Shown: positions 48,576 to 58,842 of the stretch, one piece after another
How the letters are laid out: every line of letters begins with the position of its first letter
How positions within the stretch are numbered: position 1 is the first letter of the stretch
Translations under genes and position numbers: made by a program
Assembly (NCBI GenBank): GCA_013286365.1
Contig: JABDFY010000001.1
Span: forward strand, 5,860 to 69,859
DNA: 64,000 nucleotides
Direction of reading: 5' to 3'
Origin: Alphaproteobacteria bacterium
Lineage (GTDB): Bacteria > Pseudomonadota > Alphaproteobacteria > UBA9219
Notes under the pieces: generated by a model
Told to the model about the DNA's origin: nothing
Seen by the model: the letters and a program-made list of their open reading frames with translations, nothing else
The model's database searches: none

Positions 48576-50390
48576 ATGACAATACGTCGCTTACCCTTAA
48601 CCCTTGTCAATCGCATTGCTGCCGGCGAGGTTGTCGAACGTCCGGCTGCTGTCGTTAAGGAACTTGTCGAAAATGCCATCGACGCTGGTGCTACGCATAT
48701 CATAATAAATTTGAGGGAAGGCGGGCAATCGGTCATTTGCGTCACCGACAACGGATGCGGCATGACGCAAGAAGAATTACCTTTAGCTATTGAGCGTCAC
48801 GCGACGTCTAAACTACCGGACGAAGATTTATGGAATATCCAAACCCTTGGCTTTCGTGGCGAGGCCTTACCTTCTATCGGCGCCGTTTCGCGTCTTACCA
48901 TCACTTCGCGTACACAAAACGACGACCAAGCTTGGCAAATACATGTTGAAGGTGGCGAAGTCTCTGATCCACGGCCGGCGTCTCTGGCGCAGGGCACCCG
49001 CATTGAAGTGCGGGATTTATTTTTTGCCACACCGGCGCGGCTCAAATTTCTAAAATCAGCACGTACGGAGAATGATTATGCTCGTGAAGTGATTGAGCGT
49101 CTCGCTATGGCGCACCCTCACGTGGATTTTACCTTACAAGAAGACGATAAACGCCCTGTCCGTTTTGCGGCACACCCAGAAGGGATGCTGGCGTCAGATA
49201 GTATACTGCGCGAGCGCTTGAGGGCGATACTGGGGCCTGAATTCATGGAAAATGCAGCGCCCATATCGGCCTCGCGTGAGGCTATGAGTGCAACTGGTTT
49301 TGCCGGCTTTCCGACGCTTCATCGCCCCACAGCGCGCGAACAATATCTTTTTGTAAACAATCGTCCGGTACGTGACAAAATTATACTCTCGGCCGTTAGG
49401 GGCGCCTATGGTGATGTGTTGCCATCGGGGCGATACCCGATGTTGGTTTTATTCATTACGGTACCGCCACGCGAGGTGGATATAAATGTTCATCCATCAA
49501 AGGCGGAGGTGCGTTTTCGTGATGGGAATTTGGTGCGCGGTTTAATTGTTACGGCAATTCGAAAGGCGCTAGAAGAGGTAGCTCAGTTTACAGCCAGCAC
49601 GCTGGCGCCGCGGGCCTTGACGATGCTGCAACCTGAAAATAGATCTACGACTTTTCGTCATGTTTTCGATCCTAGCGCAAATCGGACATCTTTTGGTGGC
49701 TATCCATCTTTCACCACGGCCGGCAGCACAGCATTAGCGTCATCTATGTTGGCAGACGTTCCGCTTTCAGTTCGCACATCTGCCTTAGTGGCGGAGATGC
49801 CGAGCCCTGCGGGCCGGCTGGGCGCTGCAGTCGCCCAAGTTCACGGAACCTTCATAATCGCACAAACCGAAGAAAGCGTTATCATCGTTGACCAACATGC
49901 CGCACATGAACGCATCATGTATGAAAAAATGAAGCAGGGGCTGACTGCAAAAGATATTAAGCGGCAAATATTGTTAATACCTGAAGTTGTCGAGCTTGAT
50001 ACGCCCGATGCAGAGCGACTTATTGCGCGAGCTGACCAGTTGGCTGAACTTGGTGTCGTAGTCGAGGCTTTTGGGCAAGGCGCCATATTGGTACGAGAAA
50101 TACCGGCGTTGCTTGGATCTACCGATATCAAAGCTTTATTAAAGGATCTTGCAGAAGAGTTTGGCGAATATGAGGAAGCTCATAGTTTGCGCGACCGACT
50201 TGAGGCTATATGCTCGACGATGGCTTGTCACGGTTCGGTAAGAGCGGGTCGGCGGCTAAACGCTGACGAAATGAATGCACTACTACGCCAAATGGAGCAC
50301 ACAGCAAACAGTGGCCAGTGCAACCATGGCCGGCCAACTTATGTTGAACTTAAAAAGACGGATCTAGAAAAACTGTTTGACAGGCGTTAG
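48576..50390 (+). CDS. mutL: DNA mismatch repair protein MutL
   Basis: IAAGEVVERP, GFRGEAL, DQHAAHER, ACH, CNHGRP. Confidence 0.97.
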   Translation: MTIRRLPLTLVNRIAAGEVVERPAAVVKELVENAIDAGATHIIINLREGGQSVICVTDNGCGMTQEELPLAIERHATSKLPDEDLWNIQTLGFRGEALPSIGAVSRLTITSRTQNDDQAWQIHVEGGEVSDPRPASLAQGTRIEVRDLFFATPARLKFLKSARTENDYAREVIERLAMAHPHVDFTLQEDDKRPVRFAAHPEGMLASDSILRERLRAILGPEFMENAAPISASREAMSATGFAGFPTLHRPTAREQYLFVNNRPVRDKIILSAVRGAYGDVLPSGRYPMLVLFITVPPREVDINVHPSKAEVRFRDGNLVRGLIVTAIRKALEEVAQFTASTLAPRALTMLQPENRSTTFRHVFDPSANRTSFGGYPSFTTAGSTALASSMLADVPLSVRTSALVAEMPSPAGRLGAAVAQVHGTFIIAQTEESVIIVDQHAAHERIMYEKMKQGLTAKDIKRQILLIPEVVELDTPDAERLIARADQLAELGVVVEAFGQGAILVREIPALLGSTDIKALLKDLAEEFGEYEEAHSLRDRLEAICSTMACHGSVRAGRRLNADEMNALLRQMEHTANSGQCNHGRPTYVELKKTDLEKLFDRR

Positions 50391-50947
50391 TGCGTGACAA
50401 AGTGAACGGCAGTATCACCGTAAGTGCGCGAAAACAAAAAAACAAATCCATCGATTAAATCGAGCACTTCCTTTTTGCTTGTTTCGATGACAATGAGTGC
50501 ATTGGGGGCAATCCAGGCGCTCTTGGTAAGGGACGTCAGCGCTTGCGGTACAAGATTTTTACGGTAAGGCGGATCGAGAAAAATAAGTTGGCACGCTGTC
50601 TTGGCGCGTGGTGGCCGCAGCACATCGGTAGAGATTATCCGGCAGATTTTATTGAGCCCGAGATTAACGATATTATCTTCAGCTTGCAGCAAGGCTTGAT
50701 GGTCTTTATCGAACAATGTTGCCTCGAGGGCGCCGCGCGATAGGGCTTCAAAAGCCAAGGCCCCTGACCCACAAAAAGCATCTAAAACATGAGCATTATC
50801 AAATGGATGGGCAATATTTTTCCCCCAGTCATGATGAGCCAGGATGTTAAAAACAGCGGCGCGAACGCGATCACTTGTAGGTCGTGTCATGGTCCCTGCG
50901 GGTGCCTTGATAATCCGTCCCGACAAATGACCCCCGGTAATTCGCAT
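50387..50947 (-). CDS. rsmD: 16S rRNA m2G966 methyltransferase
   Basis: MRITGG, TRPTSDRVR, LDAFCGSGAL, FLDPPY. Confidence 0.93.
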   Translation of the reverse strand: MRITGGHLSGRIIKAPAGTMTRPTSDRVRAAVFNILAHHDWGKNIAHPFDNAHVLDAFCGSGALAFEALSRGALEATLFDKDHQALLQAEDNIVNLGLNKICRIISTDVLRPPRAKTACQLIFLDPPYRKNLVPQALTSLTKSAWIAPNALIVIETSKKEVLDLIDGFVFLFSRTYGDTAVHFVTH

Positions 50948-50949
50948 GA

Positions 50950-51729
50950 TTAGTCTTTCAAAGTCTCGAAGAACTTACCAAGCTGTTCGCGCAAAATACG
51001 GCGCGGTACTTCCTCCACGGCGCCGCGGGGCAATTTACCGAGCTGAAAAGAGCCAAAAGCTACGCGGATTAGGCGGGTAACTTGTAATTCCATATGCTCC
51101 ATAATTTTGCGAATTTCGCGGTTTTTTCCTTCACGTAAAGTCACCGCCAGCCAGCGATTACTGCCGTGCTCTTTTTCATTTTCTAACTCGATCTTGATCG
51201 GCTCATAATGGATTCCGGAGATGGTAATGCCTTTGGCCAATGACGCAAGCTTACGCTGATTGATGGTGCCGTGCACGCGCACGCGGTAGTGTCTTAGCCA
51301 AGCATGCACGGGCAATTCCAAATGTCGCGCCAACTCTCCATCATTCGTCAGCAGTAAAAGACCTTCGGTGTTAAAATCAAGGCGACCGATACTGACGACG
51401 CGCGGCAACTCTGGTGGAAGTTTTTCGAATACCGTCGGTCGTCCTTGTGGATCTCGTGCCGTTGTCAATACACCCGCCGGTTTATGATAGCGCCAGACGC
51501 GAGGGGCTTCCGGTGCTGCGATCGGTTTTCCATCGACCATGATCTTGCTTTGTGCAGTCACATTCAGGGCAGGTGAGGTTAGGGTCTTACCATCAACCAT
51601 AACGCGGCCTGTCCCAATAAGGCGTTCGGCCTCACGGCGCGAACATACGCCGGCGCGCGCTAGACGCTTTGCAATACGCTCGCCTTCAAATTTTTTAGTG
51701 CTCTCGATTTTCTTTTGCTTATCGGTCAT
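50950..51729 (-). CDS. rRNA pseudouridine synthase (RluB/RsuA family)
   Basis: S4 domain ERIAKRLARAGVCSRR, GRLDFNTEGLLL, EGKNREIR. Confidence 0.92.
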   Translation of the reverse strand: MTDKQKKIESTKKFEGERIAKRLARAGVCSRREAERLIGTGRVMVDGKTLTSPALNVTAQSKIMVDGKPIAAPEAPRVWRYHKPAGVLTTARDPQGRPTVFEKLPPELPRVVSIGRLDFNTEGLLLLTNDGELARHLELPVHAWLRHYRVRVHGTINQRKLASLAKGITISGIHYEPIKIELENEKEHGSNRWLAVTLREGKNREIRKIMEHMELQVTRLIRVAFGSFQLGKLPRGAVEEVPRRILREQLGKFFETLKD

Positions 51730-51750
51730 AACATCAATCTAGGAGAATGT

Positions 51751-52218
51751 ATGAGCATGGTCGAGATTCTTAATACGCACGATTTCATGGAACTAGCGTT
51801 ACAGGAAGCCGAAGCTGCGGGCAAACGAGGAGAGGTACCGATTGGCGCTGTCCTGACTTCAAGCGTTGGCAAGATCCTGGCACGTTCTGGCAATCGGGTA
51901 GAGGAATATGCCGATCCAACGGCGCATGCCGAAATGCTCGTTCTACGAGAGGTCGCGCGGCAACGAAATGAACCACGTCTGCCTGATTGTGATCTGTATG
52001 TGACGCTCGAGCCTTGTGCTATGTGCGCCGGCGCTATTAGTCTGGCCCGTCTGCGTCGAGTATATTTTGCCGCTTATGATCCTAAGGGCGGCGCCGTCGA
52101 GCATGGTGCGCGTTATTTTGGCCAGCCGACTTGCCATCATAAACCGGAAGTGATTTCTGGCATCGAAGAGCAGCGGGCAGGATATTTACTAAAGAATTTT
52201 TTTAACGAAAAACGTTAA
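51751..52218 (+). CDS. tadA: tRNA adenosine deaminase
   Basis: GEVPIGA, PTAHAE, TLEPCAMC; AGGAGA SD at 51741. Confidence 0.88.
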   Translation: MSMVEILNTHDFMELALQEAEAAGKRGEVPIGAVLTSSVGKILARSGNRVEEYADPTAHAEMLVLREVARQRNEPRLPDCDLYVTLEPCAMCAGAISLARLRRVYFAAYDPKGGAVEHGARYFGQPTCHHKPEVISGIEEQRAGYLLKNFFNEKR

Positions 52219-53516
52219 CCGGAAATCTTTCGCGATAATTCTTGTCCGCCAACGGCGCGCCAGCCGATATCGCGGCGACAAAATCCTTCTTTCCACTGAA
52301 TTTTATCGACAGCCTGATAAGCCGTTTTTTGTGCGTCGGCAATAGTTGTACCCCAGCCGGTAACGGCGAGTACGCGTCCGCCAGAAGCGATGATCTCGCC
52401 GGTATCATTGCGTGAAGTACCGGCATGAAATACGATCGCATCTCGCGATCTTTGGGCCTCATTGAGGCCAAGAATTTTGGTATTTTTCTTATAATTACCG
52501 GGGTAGCCTTCGGCCGCCATAATCACGCAAAGCGCTGCGCTGTCGTACCATTTAAGGGTGATGCCATCGAGTACGGCCCGCGTGGCAGCGTAAAGAACGG
52601 CAAGTAAATCAGACTTTAATCGTGGTAGGATTGCTTCCGTTTCAGGGTCACCAAAGCGAACATTGTATTCCAATAATTTGGGACCTGCCGCTGTGATCAT
52701 TAATCCGGCAAATAAAACGCCAGTGAAGGGTTTGCCCATTTTTTTCATGACTTCGACAGTAGGCGTAATAATTTCGCGCATGACACGCTCTTGCATTGCA
52801 GCATCGAAAATGGGTGCCGGCGAATAGGCGCCCATGCCACCCGTATTAGGACCTTTGTCGCCATCGTACGCCGCCTTGTGATCTTGTGCCGCTGCAAATG
52901 GCAACGCCGTATCCCCATCGCAGAGAGCAAAAAAGCTTACCTCTTCACCTTCAAGAAATTCTTCGATGACAATAACGGTACCTGCGGGACCAAATATTTT
53001 CTTGACCAAAGCATCGTCAATGGCAGAAAAAGCCACTTCATTCGTATGGGCTATCGTTACGCCTTTTCCGGCAGCAAGTCCGTCGGCCTTAACGACCAAG
53101 GGCGTGCCTTGTGTGCGGACATAGTTTTTAGCCTCTTCAGCACTGGTGAAACGTTGGTAGTTTGCCGTCGGCACTTTTGCTTGCGTGCAAACGTCTTTCA
53201 TAAAGGCCTTGGAGCCTTCAAGTTCGGCTGCTGCTTTGCTGGGGCCAAAGCAGTCGATGCCGGCGTTACGTAGAGCATCAGCAAGGCCCAGCGTTAATGG
53301 CAACTCGGGGCCTATCACCACATATTCGATTCGTTTTTCTTGGCAAATGGCAACGATAGCGTCAATGTTATCGACACCAATTGACAGACACTCGGCGATG
53401 GCGGCTATGCCAGCATTGCCGGGGGTGCAGTATAATTTGCCACACAAAGGCGAGCGGCTGAGGCTCCAACATAAGGCATGTTCACGGCCACCGGAACCTA
53501 CGACCAACGTATTCAT
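52215..53516 (-). CDS. purD: Phosphoribosylamine--glycine ligase
   Basis: GSGGREHA, KADGLAAGKGV, GPNTGGMG, NVRFGDPE. Confidence 0.97.
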   Translation of the reverse strand: MNTLVVGSGGREHALCWSLSRSPLCGKLYCTPGNAGIAAIAECLSIGVDNIDAIVAICQEKRIEYVVIGPELPLTLGLADALRNAGIDCFGPSKAAAELEGSKAFMKDVCTQAKVPTANYQRFTSAEEAKNYVRTQGTPLVVKADGLAAGKGVTIAHTNEVAFSAIDDALVKKIFGPAGTVIVIEEFLEGEEVSFFALCDGDTALPFAAAQDHKAAYDGDKGPNTGGMGAYSPAPIFDAAMQERVMREIITPTVEVMKKMGKPFTGVLFAGLMITAAGPKLLEYNVRFGDPETEAILPRLKSDLLAVLYAATRAVLDGITLKWYDSAALCVIMAAEGYPGNYKKNTKILGLNEAQRSRDAIVFHAGTSRNDTGEIIASGGRVLAVTGWGTTIADAQKTAYQAVDKIQWKEGFCRRDIGWRAVGGQELSRKISG

Positions 53517-53560
53517 GGCTCATCCTCGCTTTTTCCGCCTTTCGACGCTATGTTTTGACC

Positions 53561-54952
53561 ATGGTTAAACAATCAGCGCAACCCCCGGCGTTACCCGGCC
53601 TCCTTGATACGCCGAGGCCAGGGAGTAATTTGCCTGAATATACTGTCAGCGATCTGTCACGGCAACTCAAGCATACTATCGAGGAAACCTTTGGGGCCGT
53701 GCGCGTGCGTGGCGAAATTAGCGAATGCAAGCTGCACTCAAGTGGCCACTGCTACATAACGTTGAAAGATGAAAATGCAGTTCTCGCGGCTGTTTGTTGG
53801 AAGGGTAATGTTGGCAAGCTAGGGCTTAAGCCCGAGATTGGCATGGAAGTAATTTGTACCGGTCGTCTGACGACTTATGCCGGTCAGTCTAAATACCAGC
53901 TCGTCATTGAGGCCATGGCTTTGGCTGGTATGGGGGCGTTGCTCAAAATGCTGGAGGAACGCAAAAAGAAGCTTGCTGCAGAGGGTTTATTTGACCCCTC
54001 GCGTAAGCAGCTTTTACCTTACTTGCCGAATGTTATCGGGGTTGTGACCTCGCCAACCGGCGCTGTTATCCGTGATATTCTCCACCGTCTCGCCGACCGT
54101 TTTCCACGACATGTCTTGGTTTGGTCTGTCGCTGTGCAAGGAGATGCGGCGGCGCGACAAATTGCAGATGCCATCAAAGGTTTTAATGATCTCAAAGAAA
54201 ATGGGCCTATCCCACGCCCAGACATTCTTATCGTGGCGCGCGGCGGCGGATCGGTCGAAGATTTGATGCCGTTTAACGAAGAGATCGTTGTGCGTGCCGT
54301 CGCGGCAAGTAACATTCCTGTCATAGCCGCCGTTGGGCATGAAACGGATACCACATTGATCGACTTTGCCGCCGATGTTCGTGCGCCCACGCCGACAGCT
54401 GCGGCCGAGATGGCCGTTCCGGTTCGCGACAATTTGTTGGCGCAAGTTATGGATGACGGTTTGCGGCTGTTTCAAGCCATTCGCCGTGCTATGAGCGATC
54501 GTCGTGAACGATTGGATTTAATCGAACGCGCTCTTGGTGATCCAGCACGTGTCCTAGAGCCCCTGGTGCAACGCTTGGATGAAAGGGCTGAACGCCTCAT
54601 CTTGGCGTGGCAGGGATATTTTGAACGGCGCACCGGCCGTTTGGCCGAGGCTGTTGGAAAAATTCGTCATCCGCGCGATGTTCTGCAACTGGCAGCTCAG
54701 CGCTATACGCATGTGGAACATAAAATCGAGGCCCTATGGCGCGAGCTCTTTTTGCGCAAGCAAAATCGTCTGGAAATTCTAGGTTCTGTTCTCGGCAATC
54801 TTTCGCCACGCGCAGTCCTTGGTCGCGGCTACGTTTTGGTACAAGACCTGTCGGGTCGCGTGATTATAAGTCGTGGTCAGTTGAAGCGTGATGACAAGGT
54901 GAATATTGAGTTTCAAGATGGGCAGCGGAACGCCGTTATTATTGACGAATAA
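53561..54952 (+). CDS. xseA: Exodeoxyribonuclease VII large subunit
   Basis: VRGEIS, SGHCYITLKD, ARGGGS.EDL, GHETD, APTPTAAAE. Confidence 0.96.
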   Translation: MVKQSAQPPALPGLLDTPRPGSNLPEYTVSDLSRQLKHTIEETFGAVRVRGEISECKLHSSGHCYITLKDENAVLAAVCWKGNVGKLGLKPEIGMEVICTGRLTTYAGQSKYQLVIEAMALAGMGALLKMLEERKKKLAAEGLFDPSRKQLLPYLPNVIGVVTSPTGAVIRDILHRLADRFPRHVLVWSVAVQGDAAARQIADAIKGFNDLKENGPIPRPDILIVARGGGSVEDLMPFNEEIVVRAVAASNIPVIAAVGHETDTTLIDFAADVRAPTPTAAAEMAVPVRDNLLAQVMDDGLRLFQAIRRAMSDRRERLDLIERALGDPARVLEPLVQRLDERAERLILAWQGYFERRTGRLAEAVGKIRHPRDVLQLAAQRYTHVEHKIEALWRELFLRKQNRLEILGSVLGNLSPRAVLGRGYVLVQDLSGRVIISRGQLKRDDKVNIEFQDGQRNAVIIDE

Positions 54953-55913
54953 TGGTTGTGTTCTGAACCAATTGCGTTATGGCCACAGGATCGTTGAATA
55001 TCAAGTTGATAGGAAAAGAGAGAATCTGGGACTGAAAGTCCCCGGGTAACCGGGCCCAGTCTTTTTCCGTTGTTAGCAGTTTAGCGCCTTCTGTCGTCGC
55101 CAGCGTTTGGAGTTTTTGCAGTTCGGACGTGCTAAAAAAGTGGTGGTCTGAAAAATCCTTCGTGCCAACCAGCTCTATGCCTGAGCGACGACAAGTCTCG
55201 TAAAATTTTTCAGGCCTTCCTATGCCACAGAAGGCAAAGAATTTCTGCTGACGGGGAAAATCAGGAGGCAAATCTGGTTCAATTTCTGCCCGAAACAGCG
55301 GGCAGCGAAATCTCGGGATCAATTTTTGTCGGTCTTCACTACCGATGAAAATAACCCCTGTAATGCGCGGCATAGCCTTTTCGAGGGTCTCGCGCAAAGG
55401 ACCGGCTGGGATGAGGCAGCCATTGCCGATCCCAACGCTACCGTCAATCACAAGAAAAGATAGTTTTGGTTTAATTGATGGATTTTGCAGCCCATCATCC
55501 ATGATGACATGCGAGCCATGCGCTTGTGCGACGCTGACGGCTGCAGCACGATTACGCCCAATCCAAGTCGGTGCTATCCGTGCTAGCAGCAAGGCTTCAT
55601 CACCGACGTCTAAGGCACTGTGAAGGGATAAGTCAACGCGCAGCGGTCCGCGTTCTTTACCGCCGTAGCCGCGTGTGACAAAAACTGGATTTTGTCCGTG
55701 TTGTTGCAGAATTTGCGCAATGACAAGGGCTGCTGGCGTTTTACCGGCGCCACCGGCGACGATGTTGCCAACGCATATAATGGGCACGAGCGCGTTATAG
55801 GGACGGATTACGAGCTGCTTTATATTACTGACGGCGCGATAAATGAGCCCTAAGGGCCAGAGAAAGATGGCCTCCAAGCCAAGCGGTTTGTACCAGAATG
55901 AAGGCGCTCTCAT
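54939..55913 (-). CDS. lpxK: Tetraacyldisaccharide 4'-kinase
   Basis: VGNIVAGGAGKTP, RGYGG, GDEA, MDDGLQ, PAGPLRE, TTEKD. Confidence 0.95.
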   Translation of the reverse strand: MRAPSFWYKPLGLEAIFLWPLGLIYRAVSNIKQLVIRPYNALVPIICVGNIVAGGAGKTPAALVIAQILQQHGQNPVFVTRGYGGKERGPLRVDLSLHSALDVGDEALLLARIAPTWIGRNRAAAVSVAQAHGSHVIMDDGLQNPSIKPKLSFLVIDGSVGIGNGCLIPAGPLRETLEKAMPRITGVIFIGSEDRQKLIPRFRCPLFRAEIEPDLPPDFPRQQKFFAFCGIGRPEKFYETCRRSGIELVGTKDFSDHHFFSTSELQKLQTLATTEGAKLLTTEKDWARLPGDFQSQILSFPINLIFNDPVAITQLVQNTTIIRQ

Positions 55914-57187
55914 GCAGCTTTCCTTGAAGAAATAGCCAACCATGGATCAAGTGCCAGCAGCACCCGATCAAGCACGTGTCGTTTTTGTTCAGCAAGTATT
56001 TGTGCCATCTGAGCGTATTTCATTTTTTCGTCTTGCGCACGCAATAAACGATCAATTGTAAAACTCAATTCATTCCCACTCTGTAACTGGATTGCGGCTT
56101 GATTGTGCAAAAACTCACTAGCGATTTCGGAAAAGCTCCGCATTTGAGGGCCAAAGATAATCGCACATCCTAGCTGCGCTGCCTCAACCGGATTATGGCC
56201 ATTCCATGTGAAGGATCCGCCGATACAAACAATTGTGGCCAAGCGATAGAACAGTCCCAGCTCACCCATTGTATCGGCAAGATAGATTTCAGTTTGTGGT
56301 TTTAGAATTTCTTGCTTCGAGCGCTGAGCAAACGAATAGCCCAAGTTTCCGATTTTATCTGCTATTTCTTCGCCGCGTTGGGCGTGGCGCGGGATGATAA
56401 TAGTTAGCAATTCTGGCCATTTCTCTTTCAATTTCTGATGCGCCGTGAGGGCGATTTCTTCTTCTCCATGGTGGCTGGATGCCAAGAGCCAAACCGGACG
56501 CGCACCCAAGGCTTGTTTGAGACGGGTTAATTCTGTTTCATCAAACGGCAATGGTTTGGCGGCGTACTTCAAATTCCCGAGACAACTGATGTTGCGCGCG
56601 CCTAAGGCCGCATAGCGTATCCGGTCATTTTCCGTTTGCGTGAGACATAGGACAAATATTCCCAGCATTTGCCTGATCCAGCTTTTGGCTATGAACCAGC
56701 GACGGAATGATTTCACAGACATGCGAGCATTCAAGAGCGCTACGGGAATGGAGCGTTCGCGTAACCCCACTATCATGTTGGGCCAAAGTTCAGATTCAAT
56801 CCACATTACGAAGTCCGGGTGCCAGTAGTTGAGAAAGCGGGCCACATATGCCGCACGATCAACTGGCATATATTGGTGGATAACTTGCGTGGGAAGACGT
56901 TGAGCCAGCATCCGTGCAGAAGTTACAGTTCCTGACGTCACCAAAAGATTAATAGCGGGATATTCCTGGATGATTTTTTCAATGAGGCTTAAAATAGACG
57001 CGGCCTCTCCGACGCTCGCGGCATGGCACCAAATCAGTCTACCCTGAGGGCGCGGTCGCGAGGCGATGCCTAGTCTTTCGCCAAAGCGTGCCGGATCCTC
57101 ACGGCCATGGGCTTGGCGACGCAGCAAATAGAGCCTGATCACGGGGGCGCCGAGATCGGTCAAAAGGCGGTAGGTAAAGGACCACAT
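55910..57187 (-). CDS. waaA: Kdo transferase
   Basis: WCHAASVGE, ESELWP, NARMS, GNLK, PRH, DTMGELG, GHNPVEA. Confidence 0.95.
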   Translation of the reverse strand: MWSFTYRLLTDLGAPVIRLYLLRRQAHGREDPARFGERLGIASRPRPQGRLIWCHAASVGEAASILSLIEKIIQEYPAINLLVTSGTVTSARMLAQRLPTQVIHQYMPVDRAAYVARFLNYWHPDFVMWIESELWPNMIVGLRERSIPVALLNARMSVKSFRRWFIAKSWIRQMLGIFVLCLTQTENDRIRYAALGARNISCLGNLKYAAKPLPFDETELTRLKQALGARPVWLLASSHHGEEEIALTAHQKLKEKWPELLTIIIPRHAQRGEEIADKIGNLGYSFAQRSKQEILKPQTEIYLADTMGELGLFYRLATIVCIGGSFTWNGHNPVEAAQLGCAIIFGPQMRSFSEIASEFLHNQAAIQLQSGNELSFTIDRLLRAQDEKMKYAQMAQILAEQKRHVLDRVLLALDPWLAISSRKAA

Positions 57188-57394
57188 GACCCCAATATAG
57201 CGGGAACTATAGAGTTTCGCAGGAATAATCCTAACGGGAAATCATCGTTATTTAACAGTATTTTCACGTCAATGAGTGTTGGGCGTTCCCCTCGGATATC
57301 AAAGCGATACTACCGGTGTGATGGCTTAGAGTGGCGGCGAATAACAGAATTTTGAAGGCTCAAAAACCAAAGAACTTTACGCCGTCTTAAGGCA

Positions 57395-58768
57395 CTAAAT
57401 TCCTGCGACAGTCATGCCTTCAATACGCAATGTTGGAGCGTCTATCCCGTACAGAAATTCTAGATTATTGGCCGCGGCTATGTTGCGAAACATGTCCTTG
57501 AGATTGCCGGCAATTGTCATTTCACTCACTGGAAATGAGATCATTCCGTTCTCGATCCAAAATCCTGATGCCGCACGGCTATAGTCACCTGTTACGCCAT
57601 TAACACCATGTCCCATTAATTCGGTGACATAAAAGCCTTGCTTAATATCATGCATTAGCTCTTGGGGGGTAAGCTTGCCCGCCTCGAGATAAAAGTTACT
57701 CGGTGATGGTGAGGGTGGACTGCCGGCCGAGCGGGACGCGTGCCCTGTACTCTTCATTTTCAATTGTCGTGCCGAGCGTAAATCGAGCAACCAGGTCGTT
57801 AGCACGCCCTTATCGATGATCTTGCGTTTTTCGGGCAATAAACCTTCCCCATCGAAAGGTCGTGAGCGCATACCGCGCGGGCGAAATGGATCGTCGACAA
57901 TAGTTATAGTGTCCGGGAATATGGCTTGGCCAAGCTTATCTTTTAAAAAGCTAGTGCCGCGCGCAATACTGGCTCCCGAGATGGCGCCAGCAAGATTGCT
58001 CATGAGGCTTTCCGAAACACGTGGGTCAAATACAACCGATATTTGACCGGTGGGCATCTTGCGGGCACCAAGCCGTTTAACCGTACGTTCGCCGGCCCTT
58101 TTACCTATCGTGGTGGCACTCGGCATATCATTGGAATAAACGCGGCTGGCAAAATCATAGTCACGTTCCATGCCAGTTCCTTCGCCGGCTAGAACGGAGA
58201 CGCTTAAACTGTAATTGGTGCGGCGATAGTGGCCGTTGAAGCCATTGCTGGCAACGAAAGCAACGCTGGCATGACTATATCCAATCTCGGCTCCTTCAGA
58301 ATTGGTGACATTCTTGACAGACAGGGCTGCTTCTTCGGCGTCGCGTGCCTTTACGATGAGTTCGGCAGCATCAGGTTCATGGCTATCGGCCAGTTCCATG
58401 TGCGGCCATTCTCGAGCTATCAAGCTGGCATCAGCTATGCCACAGAACTCATCCCCAGGTGCTGCCTTGGCCATGGCGATAGATCTTGCGACAAGTTCTG
58501 CTAAAGTCTTCGGTCCGCGGTCGGTAGCCGATACCATGGCTTGCTGCTTACCTACAAATACGCGTAAGCCAAGGTCACCCGATTCTGAGCGCTCCAGCGT
58601 TTCCACCTTACCCAGCCTGTATCCGACAGCCAATGACGTTGCGTCGATTAGGACAGCATCGGCAGCATCGGCGCCGGCTTTGCGGGCTTTTTGCACAAGA
58701 TCGTTCAGCAACTCAGTTGCTTGGGGACCGGACGATATTTCTGGTTTTGTGTTGAGATTGGACGCCAT
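57395..58768 (-). CDS. pmbA: TldD/PmbA family protein (PmbA/TldE-like)
   Basis: DLGLRVF, SRPFDGEG, TGHASR, NGVTGDYS, TIAGNL. Confidence 0.88.
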   Translation of the reverse strand: MASNLNTKPEISSGPQATELLNDLVQKARKAGADAADAVLIDATSLAVGYRLGKVETLERSESGDLGLRVFVGKQQAMVSATDRGPKTLAELVARSIAMAKAAPGDEFCGIADASLIAREWPHMELADSHEPDAAELIVKARDAEEAALSVKNVTNSEGAEIGYSHASVAFVASNGFNGHYRRTNYSLSVSVLAGEGTGMERDYDFASRVYSNDMPSATTIGKRAGERTVKRLGARKMPTGQISVVFDPRVSESLMSNLAGAISGASIARGTSFLKDKLGQAIFPDTITIVDDPFRPRGMRSRPFDGEGLLPEKRKIIDKGVLTTWLLDLRSARQLKMKSTGHASRSAGSPPSPSPSNFYLEAGKLTPQELMHDIKQGFYVTELMGHGVNGVTGDYSRAASGFWIENGMISFPVSEMTIAGNLKDMFRNIAAANNLEFLYGIDAPTLRIEGMTVAGI

Positions 58769-58842
58769 GTGCCTATTTCACCATTTCTTGCCGGTAAAAT
58801 CATAGCGGATACCACGGCAAGAATCGAGCGTTTTGACTTTTA

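Noticed and set aside
51751-52218. Deaminase as a defence or editing effector
   Set aside because: Ordinary TadA motifs in the common rsmD-rluB-tadA-purD-xseA context.
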